Below the pieces are notes generated by a model, which did not search any database, was not told the origin of the DNA, and saw only the letters and a list, made by a program, of their open reading frames with translations. This document shows, in pieces, positions 48,701-61,848 of a stretch of DNA of 64,000 nucleotides (the stretch's first letter is position 1; each line of letters starts with the position of its first letter). Origin of the DNA: Marsupella aquatica (lineage: Eukaryota > Plantae > Marchantiophyta); contig OZ316899.1 in the NCBI GenBank assembly GCA_973895155.1, positions 9,608,287 to 9,672,286 of the forward strand, written 5' to 3'. The translations under genes and the position numbers were made by a program.

Positions 48701-50131
48701 CTCCGTCTTGTGGCATGCCCATTTCTTCATATGTAGCTCTCAACCTCCTTGGCAACATATCTTGACTAGGTCGCACATTCTATGGACAATACAATAAAGC
48801 ATTCACAATCAAACTCCAAATTAAATCCCTCATAAGACAAAAACAATATCGACACATATTATTAACATACAATGTGAAAGAACATCATAGGTTTAGGGTG
48901 TAAACCCTAACTTACAAAATATATGTTCACAAAGCATGAAGGAACATATAAATAATACATGTCCCTAAAATAAGCCTAATCCCACTCATAATGTGTAAAC
49001 AACTCCTCTCCGGCCTTGATGGTCCTAGTAGCTACAACTAGACAATGGTCATGATGATATCTCTGCCCATATGGTGCTGGAGGGGGACCATCAACAAAAA
49101 CCCATTCACAGTTTTTCCTACGTTTAGGCCGGGTCCCCACGGTACTGTTAATAAATGAAACCGGCTATATTTCCACTACGGATGGGATCACCATCAATTA
49201 TACGTTGTTCACTATACTTCCTAGTGCAACCATCAAAAGTATCCATGTCCAATGCATAAGTCTTCCACTCAGGGTGTTGTACAAGGAGCATGTTCCAATG
49301 TCTCCGCTTGTAAATGGGTCCACCATATGGGAACAACGTTGGTCCATCTTGAGAGCGCCCTTTTCCACCCATATCATCCACAATGATGTCTTGGCAAGAA
49401 AAAATTCCATACCCATGTCTCTCCCCTAGTGTAGAACTTTTGACAATCCAATGTCTTCCCCAAACCTCTATTTCCTCACCATAGGTTATATCACATGGCA
49501 AACCAAGGCAATCAGGATTCCAATCCTTTATGATAGGAACACATTTCCCTGTGAATGTACAAGGTCCCCACCTACCATCAACCCTATAGGTGTACTGATC
49601 AACTTCCCCTCTAGGTTGCCTTTTAGACTGTTTTTTCCCTCGTGTAACAATACCATCACCCTGAACTGTCCCAACACCACTTCGCTCTGCTGCAACTAAA
49701 CGGAAAGCTTGTGAAAGGGCCAAGCCTATAGCATCTAGAACTCCTTGTGAGGGAACATAGGGTGCTGGTGCCGTGGGTGTAGGCCTATTAGATACCTATA
49801 GGAACAAATCCAACAAAGTGATTGTGAACTTCCCCAACTTATCACGCTAGCAATATTTATTGAATAAAAAATAAACCATAGTAAGTTTACAACTCACCGT
49901 ATGGGATGAAGAGGCTCCGGGTGTAAGACCTCAATGTTGTCCATATCGAGAAATATGGTCTGCACATACATATGACTTCTGGACAACCATCCCCACACAT
50001 TTTTTACAACTGCAAAGTTGGCGTGGTGGACCACTAGGTCGACGAGCGGCTGTTTCAGGCTGAGGAGGAGGATCTATGTCCTCATCAGAGGAGGAGTCTG
50101 ATGTGGTGGAAGTTGTAGAGGATGAAGACAT
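45771..50131 (-). pseudogene. CACTA-A TnpD-type transposase, 5' part; predicted exons 50131-49898, 48779 to about 47595, then about 47452 onward
   Basis: Same motifs and splice sites as CACTA-B; exon 1 is 234 nt in both; multiple stops and frameshifts. Confidence 0.87.
48976..49795 (-). pseudogene. SET-domain exon of CACTA-A (4-nt duplication near 49150)
   Basis: VKSSTLGERHGYGIFSCQDI, LFPYGG, IDGDPIRSGNIAGFI/NSTVG...NCEWVFVDG...DHCLVVATRTIKAGEELFTHYEWD*; acceptor AG at 49797-49796. Confidence 0.85.
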
Positions 50132-50569
50132 CTGGCAATGGAAGATTTGGAATAGCGCGCGAGTTAGTAAAAAAATAGCTAAAACGATCATTTGTAATCC
50201 CTACGTAGACATATTAAACTAAAATGAAAGGAAAAAATACCCTTATGAGACCCGGGCTCAGCAATGCCTATAGGTCTTTTGGTCCAAACTTGATGAACCC
50301 AATCTGGAAGTAGGAGGGAAAAATCTACAAATATACAATGAATTAAGCAATGACTTATGGTAAACTATAGAAAGGGATGATAGACCCTCAAGTTACAGTA
50401 AATATAAAATATGCCAGGAAAACAAGCTTTACCTTTCAGATGCCCGAGCTCTCGCAATGCATATGCATTAGCCAAAACTTTCAAAATGATGGGGAAGTGC
50501 CCTACAACTCCTAGAGTGTTCCACCCCTTCATGTTAATGAAATAAAGAAAGCATACCCTCAATTAGAAA

Positions 50570-51500
50570 AAACAACCTACCCTAAACATGAACATATAAA
50601 ACCCTTACCCAAAGCCCTAGCTAACCAAAACCCCTACGCTAAAAACCCAACTGCTACATTCAAACCCTAACCCAAATTAATCCCTCAGCTATAACCTAAC
50701 TCAAACCCCATCTGAAACCATAACCCAAACTCCCTCATTACCTATGAAGCCTTTACCCTAAACCCTAACCCAAATCACTAAATTAAAAATTAAACACAAC
50801 CCTGAATTATAATTGAACCCATCCATGCCCTATATTCAATACCTAACCCAAACCCCTCAGCTAAAACCTTACTCAAACCCCTACCTTAAACCCTAACTCA
50901 AACTCCATCCTAAGTTACCTATCCATATTCCCTCATTACCTATCATGGGTAACCCCTTACACAAAAATCCTAACCCAAACCCCTCAATTAAAAATGAAAC
51001 ACAACTTAGAATTAAAATGGAACCCAACCCCTATATTTAAAACCTAACCCAAACCCCTAAACTTAAACCAAAATCAAGCCCCTACCCTAAACCTAACCCA
51101 AAACCCTAAACTTAAACCAAAATCAAGCCCCTACCCTAAACCCTAACCCAAACCCCTAAACTTAAACCAAAATCAAGCCCCTACCCTAAACCCTAACCCA
51201 AACTTCTCAATTACAACCTTACCCAAACCCCTACCTTAGACCCTAACCTAAAGCCCTCTATTAAAACCATGTCCCTAAACTGAAATATGTATAGAGCAAA
51301 AAATATGAAATAAGTGAAAAGTCAAACCCAACCCTTACATTAAAACCTAAACCCAAATTAACCCCTTCAACTGAAACACAACCCTCCCTAAACTAAACCC
51401 TTTCTAAATCCAAACCCCAAATTAAAACTCAAACCCTGTGTTAAATAAGAACCCAATTAAGATTCAAAAACAAAAACACAAAGCCCAACTACAACCTAAA
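50570..51500 (+). repeat. Telo-box-rich array including about 3 tandem copies of a roughly 51-bp unit (about 51040-51200)
   Basis: Repeated AAACCCTAACCCAAA; unit CCTAACCCAAACCCCTAAACTTAAACCAAAATCAAGCCCCTACCCTAAA. Confidence 0.8.
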
Positions 51501-51965
51501 TCCTCTTCTTCAAACTAATTGGCCATTCACAAATCCATGTTGAGTTAAAAGGGTTGAGGCCATACCCTTGTAACGCCATTTAAACACCTAGGATAGTTTC
51601 CCACCCTAAACCGAGATCACCTGCCTCGCAAATTGCTTCACAAATTAGAGATACATTTTGCGAACCTTCCGGGTTCGCAACATCTTCGCAAATACAGAGG
51701 CCGAGAGCAATTTTTGGGCGTTTCTGCGGGTTGCGATGGATTAGCGAGGGTATGTTCTTCACAAAAGTATCGCAAGTTGCAAGACAGTTTGCAAAGGTAA
51801 TAGGGTGGCAGTTTGTGATGCAAATGTGATCGCAAGGAGGTTTTTTTTGAAATGCGTAAGTGTCGGTGGGAGCTCGCGGCGAGCTCATTCCTTGTTTGAT
51901 CGGGAGAGCGAGAGGAGAAGGGGTCGCGGGGAGAAGATCAAGAGAGACCTGGGAGGGATTGAGCT

Positions 51966-53940
51966 ATGGCTACCGATGGGAGTGGAGAGCACGGTGGGAG
52001 TGGAGGACATGGTGCTGGTGGTAGTGGCAATGGGGCAAATCAGGAGAAGCAACATAATGCATGGAGCAACTTAGTAGCCCAACATCTCAGTGCTGCTTAG
52101 TTGGGTGAAGTAAATTTGAATACTCCAGCAGGGCTTGCCTCCTTGAGTGCCATTTTAGGCCAGGTTTTGCAAACAGGAATTGTGGTAGGGCAAGCTACTA
52201 GAGACGAGGAAGAGAGGGTCGCAGCTGAGGAGAAGGCTAGAGAGAAAAGAAGGAAGAGGGAGGAGAGGGATGCAATTCAAAAACAACGAGATGAGCAACA
52301 TCAAAAAGAGGATGCAAGGAAAAAGCTTCCATTCATTGCCTTGGAGACAACTGGGGCTCCAACTGAGCTAGCCTATGCAGGGGCTAAGAGCACCATCAAA
52401 CAGATCATCACAAGCAATTTCTCACGAGGCATGCAATGGGGAAAGGTTGAGAAGGCAGAGTGAAAGAGAGTGATGAATCAGATCAAGGATGCATTTCGTA
52501 ATGGAGCTGACATAGATGAGCAATGGCTGGCAGACAAGATTTCTAATTCCATGTCTCAAATGAGGTACCATGATAGGATGAAGATTAGAGCCCACCTGAG
52601 AGACTTGAGATCGTACAGGAATTTGCGCAGGCCCCTCCAATTCACTGAGGACATCTGGAATGCATTTTACAAGATTGAGGTGCAAATCAAAGCAGCTCGC
52701 GAGTTGGAACAGTGGAAGGATACACTAGCTCGATCCCTGAAAGCAAAGGAGACCGGGAAGCTCCCCCTTGACCATGACCTGAAGGGACTTGAGCAGAAGG
52801 TAGCTGATGTGCAAAAGGTGGTCGACAAAGAAGGAAGACCACCCAAACGTTTCATGGATGCAGCCAAGTGAGTGAAAGCCACCCCCAATCCAGTCCACAA
52901 GCTGGGTCAAGGCGGGCTCCCCGGTCTCAAGGCCCACTTTGTGAGTGTCTCCTCTCCTCCCTACGCTCTTTCCTCCTTACTTTCTCAGTTGAGGTAATGC
53001 AAGTGAAGGGAATGTCATGAATGTCCATGCTCGCATGTGCTTGCTTGTGCACTGTTTTAGGTCACGATTGACACTTAGAAATTTGCACATTTTAAAAAAC
53101 CCCTTGGGATCACAGTTTGCGATTGCATTGCGATGCGTATCCGTTTGCAAGAGCCTCGCAAACTCTATTATGCACTTTTTTCTTTTTGGATTTTCTGATG
53201 TTGTTGCGAAGGTACGCGCATCGCAAAAGCCATCGCAATGCCTTCGCAAAAATTAGGGCTTCGCATTTTGTGAACGCATCAGCTTCGCAAATGTGAATTT
53301 GAGTTGTTTTCAAAGTAGTTTAACTTTTCTAGGCCTAAGGCCTCTCGCATTGTGAATTTTGGTTTAGCCTATGGGTTTAATTTTTGGTTTTATGGTGCAT
53401 GGCAGTACCGGAAATATAAGAGGAAGATATCCAAGAAACATATTGAGATAGGGATGGAGCATGGGAGAAAGTACCTCTTTCAGATGGTGGATGCCGAGTT
53501 GGCTACTGTAAGTATCTAGGTGTTCAAGGTTTAATTAATTGTGATGCCAACATTGTGGATGACCCTTTTTAATTTGTAGAAACTGATTAAGTGTACGGAT
53601 GCAGGATTCGGATGAGCTTGAGGGGTCGGGTGCTGACGCAAGTAATAGTGATGATGAGGATGAGGGGGATACTCCTCTTACCAGTGGTCCTAGGGAGGGG
53701 GGCAGTAGCCGGGAGGTAGGTTCATCCCATCGCGGTAGTGGTAGTAGTCGTGCATCATCGAGATAGGTTGATGATGAGGGGGAGCAGGAGGGAGGTGACG
53801 AGGAGGAGGATGGGCAGGAGGAGGAGGAGGAGGAGCAGTAGCACCAAAAGGCACCGCGCACCCATCAGCACCAGGCTGTACATCCACGGAAGGATAAGGG
53901 CAAGAAGCCGACAAAGCGGGGTTGGAAGAGTCCATTTTAG
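51966..53940 (+). pseudogene. CACTA-A second gene, TnpA/Transposase_24-like
   Basis: Homologous to 29355-31396 (LNTPAGLASLSAILGQ, QWLADKISNSMSQMRYHDR, HKLGQGG, same GTGAGT donor, ends ...SPF*). Confidence 0.65.
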
Positions 53941-56900
53941 TTAGCTTGTAGAATCTCATGATCGGGCTCATGAGATACATGTCACTGACTAGCCGTGTTG
54001 GACCTTAGCTAGGATAGCATATGTTGAGTAGGGTGACTTGGCATCAGATATGCCACCCCTCTTGTGTATTGGGTTCCTTCAAGCCCTAACATTTTGGTAT
54101 ATCCACCTATATACTTGCCATCTTATAAAAAACATTTGCCTTCCATATTGGGTCCACTGCCAAGAGAAATCCCTCGCAAAACATTGATTGAAGTCGTGTT
54201 CCCATGAAAGTGCAAACCCATTGCAAACTTGGATAACTAGGAAAGACTGAAATGACTCGGATCGCTATTATAGAACCAAGTAACATCACAAGTTGCGAAC
54301 ACAAACGCTTCACAACTTCTGGCCTAAACTATCTCACAAGTTCCGATCCAATTTGTTTCGGAAGTCCCCATCAAATTTATTTCGCATAAGAGTGATCTTA
54401 TAAGGCTTGCTAGTTGCCAACACCATGACATCACAAATACCAAACGCATTCCCATCACAAACATGTAGCAAACCTTTCAGCTTCACAAAAATCAACGTCG
54501 GTAACAAAGGACCGTGCGGCATAATGCGAAGCATTTGCGACAATTTTGAACTCACAAGTGTTTGGCAAGTTGCGAGAAAATTTGGCTAGGAAGTTGCCAT
54601 GGTGTTGCGATGGCGTTGCGATGGTCCGCGTGCGAAGGTTTTAACTTCGCAATTTGGGATGGTGTAGTGATGCGTGTTAGTTCGCAAGTGCCGGAATTCT
54701 GTTTATCGGGCCTTTGTTGATTGCGATGTGTATGGGTTTGCAAAAGGGGCCGATAGTGTAGTAGTGCCATCTTGTCATGCCATAAGCTTTGCCCTTGCGC
54801 GGATTTTGGTTTAGACGGGCATAATCTTCATTAGTTTTGAGGGTTCGGGCAAGGAGGGATGTGCAAACTGAACCTTATTCCCGTAATCTAGCGCTAAGTG
54901 CGCCTATTCCTACATATGGAAATATCATGGGTATAGTTTGTGTTCTGCCGCTGGAACGTACCTTAAGTCAATAGCTAGATTGACCCCGGCTTAAGGGCTT
55001 CTAAGCCTTCGTAAATTCCGCCTTCAATCCGGATCCAATGATATGGGTATCCAACCCGGGCTTGCAACCACCATCCGCAGCCGACACCCCATGCACAGCT
55101 AGGATGATGCGTTTGGCCAGGCATTCTCTACCCATATAAGAGATTCATGCATGAAACGGAACTCACTCACATAAAATATTGGTTTACACAAAGGGAATGG
55201 TGGGAAAAGACTTTACTTTGGAAACCGTCATACACATATACACGGTTGACTCAACATCTCTTGAGTAAACAGGCCCAACGACAGAGCGACATACACTACA
55301 ACGGAGCTCGGCTCCGCACTCGCCCAGCAAGCTTAGTCGTACCCTCCCTCCTTAGTATCTTTTACTCACAAAGGCCGGGACTCCTCGCGCATCCTACGGA
55401 TACCCGGTTCTGAAACTAAAATCCCCCTGTCTCTACCAAGGGGTGCACTAAATACTAAGGGCCGGGGTCCGGACCGACCACGTGCTTGAATCTAAGCTAT
55501 CCCCTAGATTCTAAACTTTGCTAATTGTCAGGCCGTAAAATGGCGTGTCTTATTCTAAGATCCTAACTACAAAGGTTGGTTGGATAGGACAGCGCCGCTA
55601 ACTAGTTTTGGCGCTTGTCCTTATTGCCTGACTATCCTATTCCTAACTCTATCCTACACCTATCCCGCCGCTAATGTCTGGCACGCTTGCTAGATCCGCT
55701 AGAGTTGGACTTGGAGCGGCCATCCCGCTGCATTTAGGACGTCTATCTCGGTTGTGTCCCGTTGGGCCCAAGCATCGGCCTCCTCCACATCCTTTTGCCA
55801 GATGATGGCTTGTCCCTTCAAACCGTCAATCTGGGTTTGAAGCCGTGCAATCTTGGCGTCCTTCCTGACTCTGGCCTGCTCTGCCAAGGATGCCTAGGCC
55901 CTAGCTTTGGCCACCTGATCTTCAGTGGCCGCTACCCAAGGCCACAACAGTTGGAGTTCGGTCTCCCGAGCTGCAACTTTGTCTTTGAGGTGGGCAGACT
56001 CAATCCAATATCGCTCTATTCTCTACGTAGCCTCGGCTTGCGCATATCCTGCCCGCACGGCTGCAACCAACTCCTGGTTGAAGAAGTAGGCCACCTTCCG
56101 TGCCATGTACTCCCCGGTATCCCGTGCAATTTGTTGAGAGAAGTCTCCCAGTAACACATTCAAAAATGTGCCCGATGCAAAGAATTTTGGGCTTTCCAGA
56201 CTATGCCCCTCTGGGTTTGGGCAAGGACAGACCTCAGCTTGCGTGGGAGTTGGAATGGTGACGTCCAGCCCTTGAAGTATGGCGGGAGAGGGGGTTGGGT
56301 TTGCTGGGGCTGGGCAGTTCTCCTGAATAGTCGTGGAGGTTGGCAGGATGTCCTCTACAACTGCAGTCTTGGGCTTGGGTCCGGCCTCTGCCGCCTGACT
56401 TCAATTGCGTTGACCCGATTGATCGCGTCCAGGTTCGCAATGACTGCATCATCTGGTACATTTGGAGGGGCGACAACGGCTGATTGCGGGGCCGGGGTAG
56501 CAGGTCTCACGACCGCTAGACTTTGGGCCTCAGGCTGGGGTCGCCTCTCCTAGGCCGGGAATATCCACCGCGATGGGGTCAGACTGGGCTCGTTGATACG
56601 AGGGAGGCTTTGGCGGTCAAAACGAGCGTACCACTCAATGATGATTTTGATGTGGCTAGCATAGTACGCCTTCCCGCCGAGGTACAAAGTCTTACTCTCC
56701 GCTCCATCTCATCATGGAACTTCTTGGCAAAGAAGGACGCCCACTTCCTAGGCCGATAGTTCTCAACTTGGATTACCTGGGCGGCGGATATTTTGCCCCT
56801 CGGTTCCATCATGTGGAGGGCGTACTGCTGGAACTCCAGTCGTTCTGCTACCTCCGGGATGAGGCATGTCCTCATCAAGAATCCGTTGCCCACTGCTCCC

Positions 56901-57369
56901 TTGACCGGGAAGCTAGAGGACTAATACTTGGCTCCCTTGCCCCCGGGAGCCCGTGATTCTACCCGATTTATTCCTTTGGGTAGGCCAAAGATCATCTTAA
57001 GACGTGCCTCATTGAGAGACATCACTCTCCCGTGCACTCGGGTTTGTTGGCGGGCTTTGTCAAAGTTCTGGATGAACTCCGTCATGTCCTGCCCGTAGTA
57101 CCTGCTTCCATTCTGAGGGAGAGAGGCAAGGTGCTCAAGCCCTTGGGTCTTTAGGTAGCACGCATGCTTGGGGTGGAGGATGTTCTTGTGGACATTCTCC
57201 CCCATGCGATGCATGGTCAGCTTGGCCACCACAAGGGCAGCCCGGATACGGCTGCGGGTTCCTTTCTCTTCCTACCCCGAGACTGGTTCTCAGGGTGACT
57301 TGAAGAGGGGGACATCTCCCCATCCTCTCTATTGGGCGGCGGCAGCACTACCGCCGTTAACACTGGTGG

Positions 57370-57656
57370 GGGGTATTTACAAACGACGTGAAACAGCAAA
57401 CAGTAACAGGAAACAAAAACTGGTGTGGAATTTTTTTTTGAACCTTTTTTTTTTTGCCAAAAATATTTTTTTGCTAGCGCCCGGCGCTGGTAATGCTAGC
57501 GCCCAAAGCTAGCCAAAAAATTGTTGTCGATAATTTCTTTTTTGAAAAATGTGATTTTTTAGGAAATATTTTTACATTGTCATTTTTCTGGTAACAGTAA
57601 ATTTTTGCTGGTACTAGTAAACCTGTTTCCTGTTTATTGTCACGCATGTCATACCC
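57370..57656. mobile_element. MITE-like element related to 10798-11099, opposite orientation
   Basis: 8-bp TSD ACTGGTGG (a 9-bp reading CACTGGTGG is also possible); ends GGGGTAT...ATACCC; AAACAG repeats; shared central CTAGCGC...CTAGCCAAAAA block. Confidence 0.8.
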
Positions 57657-57825
57657 ACTGGTGGTGGGGCTGCTACTGTCACCGTGTTATCCACCCGGGC
57701 TTGTGTGAGTGGCGCTGGGTTGCTCGGCGCATGCTGATTTGCACCTCACGGTCACCGGTTCAAGGGAGGTGAGCCTCCTCGTCTTTGGAACTGATGTTCA
57801 CCGCGTTTACCACGGATCGCACCTT

Positions 57826-58106
57826 GGGGGGTTAACTTAGTGTATATTTTGGGGTACCATGTGTGATCCGAGTCTAATATAAACACACCTATTTTATGAT
57901 GTGAATATTCCAAAAATATTCTCTATTTTCAATATCAATAACCTATTTTACTTTATAAAAGGGAAAAATTAGAGAATGTTCTATAAATATTGGTCTATAA
58001 TACCTTCTTTTGCTTCCTACGCTTTTTAAAAATTTAGCTAATTTCTATGAAAAATACCTATTTTGGATTGCACATGGTTCCTAAGATTTTTGATAGCCAA
58101 CCCCCC
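57826..58106. mobile_element. AT-rich MITE-like insert with imperfect TIRs
   Basis: GGGGGGTT...ACCATGTGnnATCC is inverted at both ends; absent from the G4 LTRs; no clean TSD, although GGATCGCACC occurs near both sides. Confidence 0.6.
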
Positions 58107-61100
58107 CGAGGATCGCACCCAAAGGGGTGGTGCAACCGGTGTTGGAAATCGGCTTGGGTGAGGCCGAGGTGGTGTTGGCGCGGGCACCAATGAGTTGGCG
58201 CCGGTTGTAGCTGGAAGAGGCGCCATATGATTGAGCAAGTCCAAGGGGAAGCCGAGTGAGGTTAGGATAGATGTCTTGCCCGTAGTTGCGGTACCAAACT
58301 GATAGTCAATAAAAGCGTGGACTTTGGCGGGGATATGATTGAAGTGGTGTCGTTGTAAGTTGATCGTGCCCGGGAGGGTGAAGACCTTATCCGGAAGCCA
58401 AAGGAGTGCTTCCTGGATACTGACGTACTTTGGGCCGTCAAAGAAGTACTCGGAGATCTCGTCGGCATGATAGAGCTTGCTCTGGAACGAGAGGTTGAAA
58501 TCTCCGTTATAGTGAGAGCGCCCGGCTAAGCAGATAAGTTGTTTGTACTGCCTTTCGGTTTCGTACCGGTGCGGGTTGACCTCAGCCAGTGACTTTGCTA
58601 AATGATTTCCGATGGATAGAAATTGAAGCCAAAACCGAAGGGCAGAATTGGACATAATCATGACAGACATATAGGGAACGACGGCAGGTGACTGAGGAGC
58701 AAACGAGTAAACTGAGATCAAAGCTAGCGCGAAGAGTGAAGTGGTGGTGCTTCGCAAGAGAATGGCCCACCTTTTATACCCAGAGGGCTCGTCGGCCGAA
58801 TGGTCCCTTCCTCCTTCTGATAGGCCGATCCTATCACGCTTGTAGTGCACCGGCCACTCCACAGGTCCGGGTCAAAGCGTGTCAACGAGCCGCCCTCCCC
58901 TTGATTTGTTATATGGACCCAAGGGGGCATCCCTACACGCTTGTGATCCGGGGTACGAATGGTGCTCCGCCACCACCCCGAGCGTAAATACTCCTTATTG
59001 ACTAATGATGTCCTGGTCGTGGTTACTACCTATTTTAGTGTCGTTGTGCTAATTATTACGGACTACTATGTCCTTAGTGCACGTGCTAAGCACGGATTAG
59101 ACCGAATCACTCATTAACCGTCGTGCTGGCGGTGTCACACATCTCAATACTTAGAAAAAGAGATTATTGTTCCTAAACCCTAAACTGTGTGGCTACCAGT
59201 TCTAAGAGTTTTGCCCAATAAGTAATATTCTATGTGTAGGAAGTGAAATGAATAGTGACTCTCAAATCTCACTCCGTTACCCCCCATTATAGATGTAAGT
59301 TTTGTACAGTTAGGCATTGGAATACTACCATTTTTACTGTGTCGTATGACCCTGAGTAGCCATTATTTATTGAAATCTATAATCTACTTATACTAAGCCT
59401 AAGTCTACACTGGTTATATATATATATTCTTTAAAAACAGGACAACTAAGCTAATAACATATACAATAACAAGCACGTATCCCTATTATTTACATAGCGA
59501 TCCCTGTCAAGGCATTACATTGATGGTCAAGGACATGTCATGGTGGTCTTGTATGCGGGCAAGGACGCTTGGCCAAGCGCCCTATTTCAGTTGTGCACGG
59601 GTCAGAAGTTGCAAATAGGGGTTGCGATTGGATTGACAGCCGCATCATTGGAGCCGGATCAAAGGCAGGTAATCCAAAGCTTAGAAGTCCCTAAGCCAGG
59701 GTCGATTGAGGTATTGACTGCAAGTATGTTCTAGCGGCACAACACAAACTATACCCAAGTAACTTGTAATACATACAGCTATGCGCACTTAGTGCTAGTT
59801 TACACGAATAAGCGCGGACAGCACGTCTCTCCTTGCCTAAACCCTCAATACAAACAAAGTTTATGTTACATTTAAAGGAAGAGTATGTCACTTAAGGACT
59901 AAACTTTGGTGTGACAAACACACTCTATAAGGACATTCCTCCTCTGAGTAAACCAAGTCTTCTGGTCCTGGTTGAGATGGCTTAAATTTGGACAACTGTC
60001 TACAAGCTCCAATTGCAGATGGTTTCCTAGCTATTTGTTGACCAGGTTTAGTTGGGTGTTGTGAACCAGGTCACCAGACGCTAGTACGTTGGACTTTGGT
60101 TTGTTGTGCACAACTCTTCCTTGTGTAGACAAAATAGTATTTATGTGCACATTTGTTGTGTATATAGAGCTGCATTTTGGTGCAAAGATTGTTGTTTAGA
60201 CACTTATGCATTTGCCTGGATGGTGTTTGCTTGAATTGCTAAAATTGATGCACAAGGCTACTGATGAGCAAGTCAGAGTGATCTGATTAATGATATTATC
60301 AAATTGACAATCTTCAATGTGCCAAACCCCATGTACATAGAAAGAATTTCAGCAAGTAATGATAGGATGTCTCAAAATTAAAAAAGGTGGTTGCATTGGT
60401 GGCAGTGGCAGCACACACCTTTGCTCAAGTGCAATTATATAAATTCTCTTATTGTGTAGTGTGCTGCAATGTCTGAGACCCTGGTCCTTTCGAACATGTT
60501 CCATTCCAATGGCCATATCTTTGATGAGACTCATGCTCACCTTTTGACTCTTCATCTTCTCCTTCAAATTGAAGGTGCCATAGGTTTGGTTCTCGAGGGC
60601 TCACTCCAAGGGAGATCCCATATCATGTACAAAGTTTTCAAGTAATAAGCACCATAAAACTTAAGAAAATAAAATGATATTTATAATTTTAAAACCCCTA
60701 ACTTTATGGGATTTCCTAGGACTATTCCCAAATTTGGTATCAAGAACCCAAGTTCTTGTAGTTCTCAAAATTGAATTAAAACGCTCATATTTTTCTTAAA
60801 CAATTTCTTTAAGTCTACCCCCAAGTTAATGAGAAAAACCCTAACTTCTTTGTGCGCGATGGGTCAAAAGCAAAGAAGTGAGGACCCCTAGGTTTGGTTC
60901 CTCCGTGAACCAATGCTGTCATTGTCACCATGGTCATCATTGATTGCATGTTTTGATCTAACAATCTTTCCAAACCTACATACACAAATACATCGATTTG
61001 TAGACGTCTTGTATCTGGACATGGCTCGACCATTCATCACAGCGAGAATCTAGGCACCAATCAAACTTTTCAAAACTCCTACCACTGTAATAGAGGAAGA

Positions 61101-61848
61101 CATGTCATCAGGTTAGAACATCTATACAGTGACATCAATGTTGTCTTAATGCATTGTATGAGAAAACGAAATGTCCAAGTTTGATGGCACTCTCTCTAGT
61201 AGTTCTGCCTTCCATTATCCCCCCGGGGGGGGGCTCTCAATTTACATTCTTTCGAGCCCTCAGACGTTCATGTGTGTCTTGCATTCTTGCCCTCTCATGA
61301 TAGGGGACATTGACCTTTCCAAACTCTACCTCTGCTCCACAAATACATTGACTCATTGTCCTCGATGCTTGACACTCTCCCTCTCAGCATATTGTACACA
61401 TTAGGGGAGTGGAAACACTCACGCGCAGAGCATCATGTAAAATGAGATAAATGCAAAAGTTCCGTAACATGACATGACAGTGATTTGGTGGTCCTCCTCT
61501 AAATACATTGTCAAGAATGTATTTGGTTCAAGATTATTCAACTTTTATGCACCTACGCTCCGCTTTACTCCAAACCCTAAGTCGCTTAATTATATAGAGT
61601 ATGATACATTTTTTATACATAGATATCAATGTCTAGAACATTTCATATATGCTATGGTTGCACAACATTTGGTTTATCCGACAATTGGGTCTTTGTATAC
61701 ATTATTGTCAATGTATACTAATTCCAAGGCTTTGTGTTGTTGTGCGGCCGCCTGGCGTATGGTTTGTTTGACACCATGGTTGATGTTATGCATTGTTGAC
61801 AATGTATACAATGTCAATACATTGGTTCACGTAGAATTGCGATCATAG

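Larger units (their letters stand above)
20917..54766. mobile_element. CACTA (En/Spm) element A, about 10.0 kb after removing nested insertions
   Basis: TIRs CACTACTACAtATCGGCCCCTTTTGC / GCAAAAGGGGCCGATAGTGTAGTAGTG; 3-bp TSD CCA (20914-20916 / 54767-54769); TTGCGA/TCGCAA subterminal repeats. Confidence 0.95.
55671..58670 (-). pseudogene. LTR-embedded gene in the solo LTR, decayed and interrupted by two inserts
   Basis: MSVMIMSNSALRFWLQFLS..., HRMGENVHKNILHPKH...IFGLPKG, NGFLMRTCLIPEVAERLEF, and coiled-coil remnants. Confidence 0.8.
54773..59139 (-). mobile_element. Solo LTR of a diverged G4-related family
   Basis: TGTCATG...TGTCACA; TSD CATCT (54768-54772 / 59140-59144); collinear with the G4 LTRs along its length. 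Confidence 0.9.

Noticed and set aside
50570-51500. True or interstitial telomere
   Set aside because: The repeats are degenerate, interspersed and sit at the same internal position in both CACTA elements.
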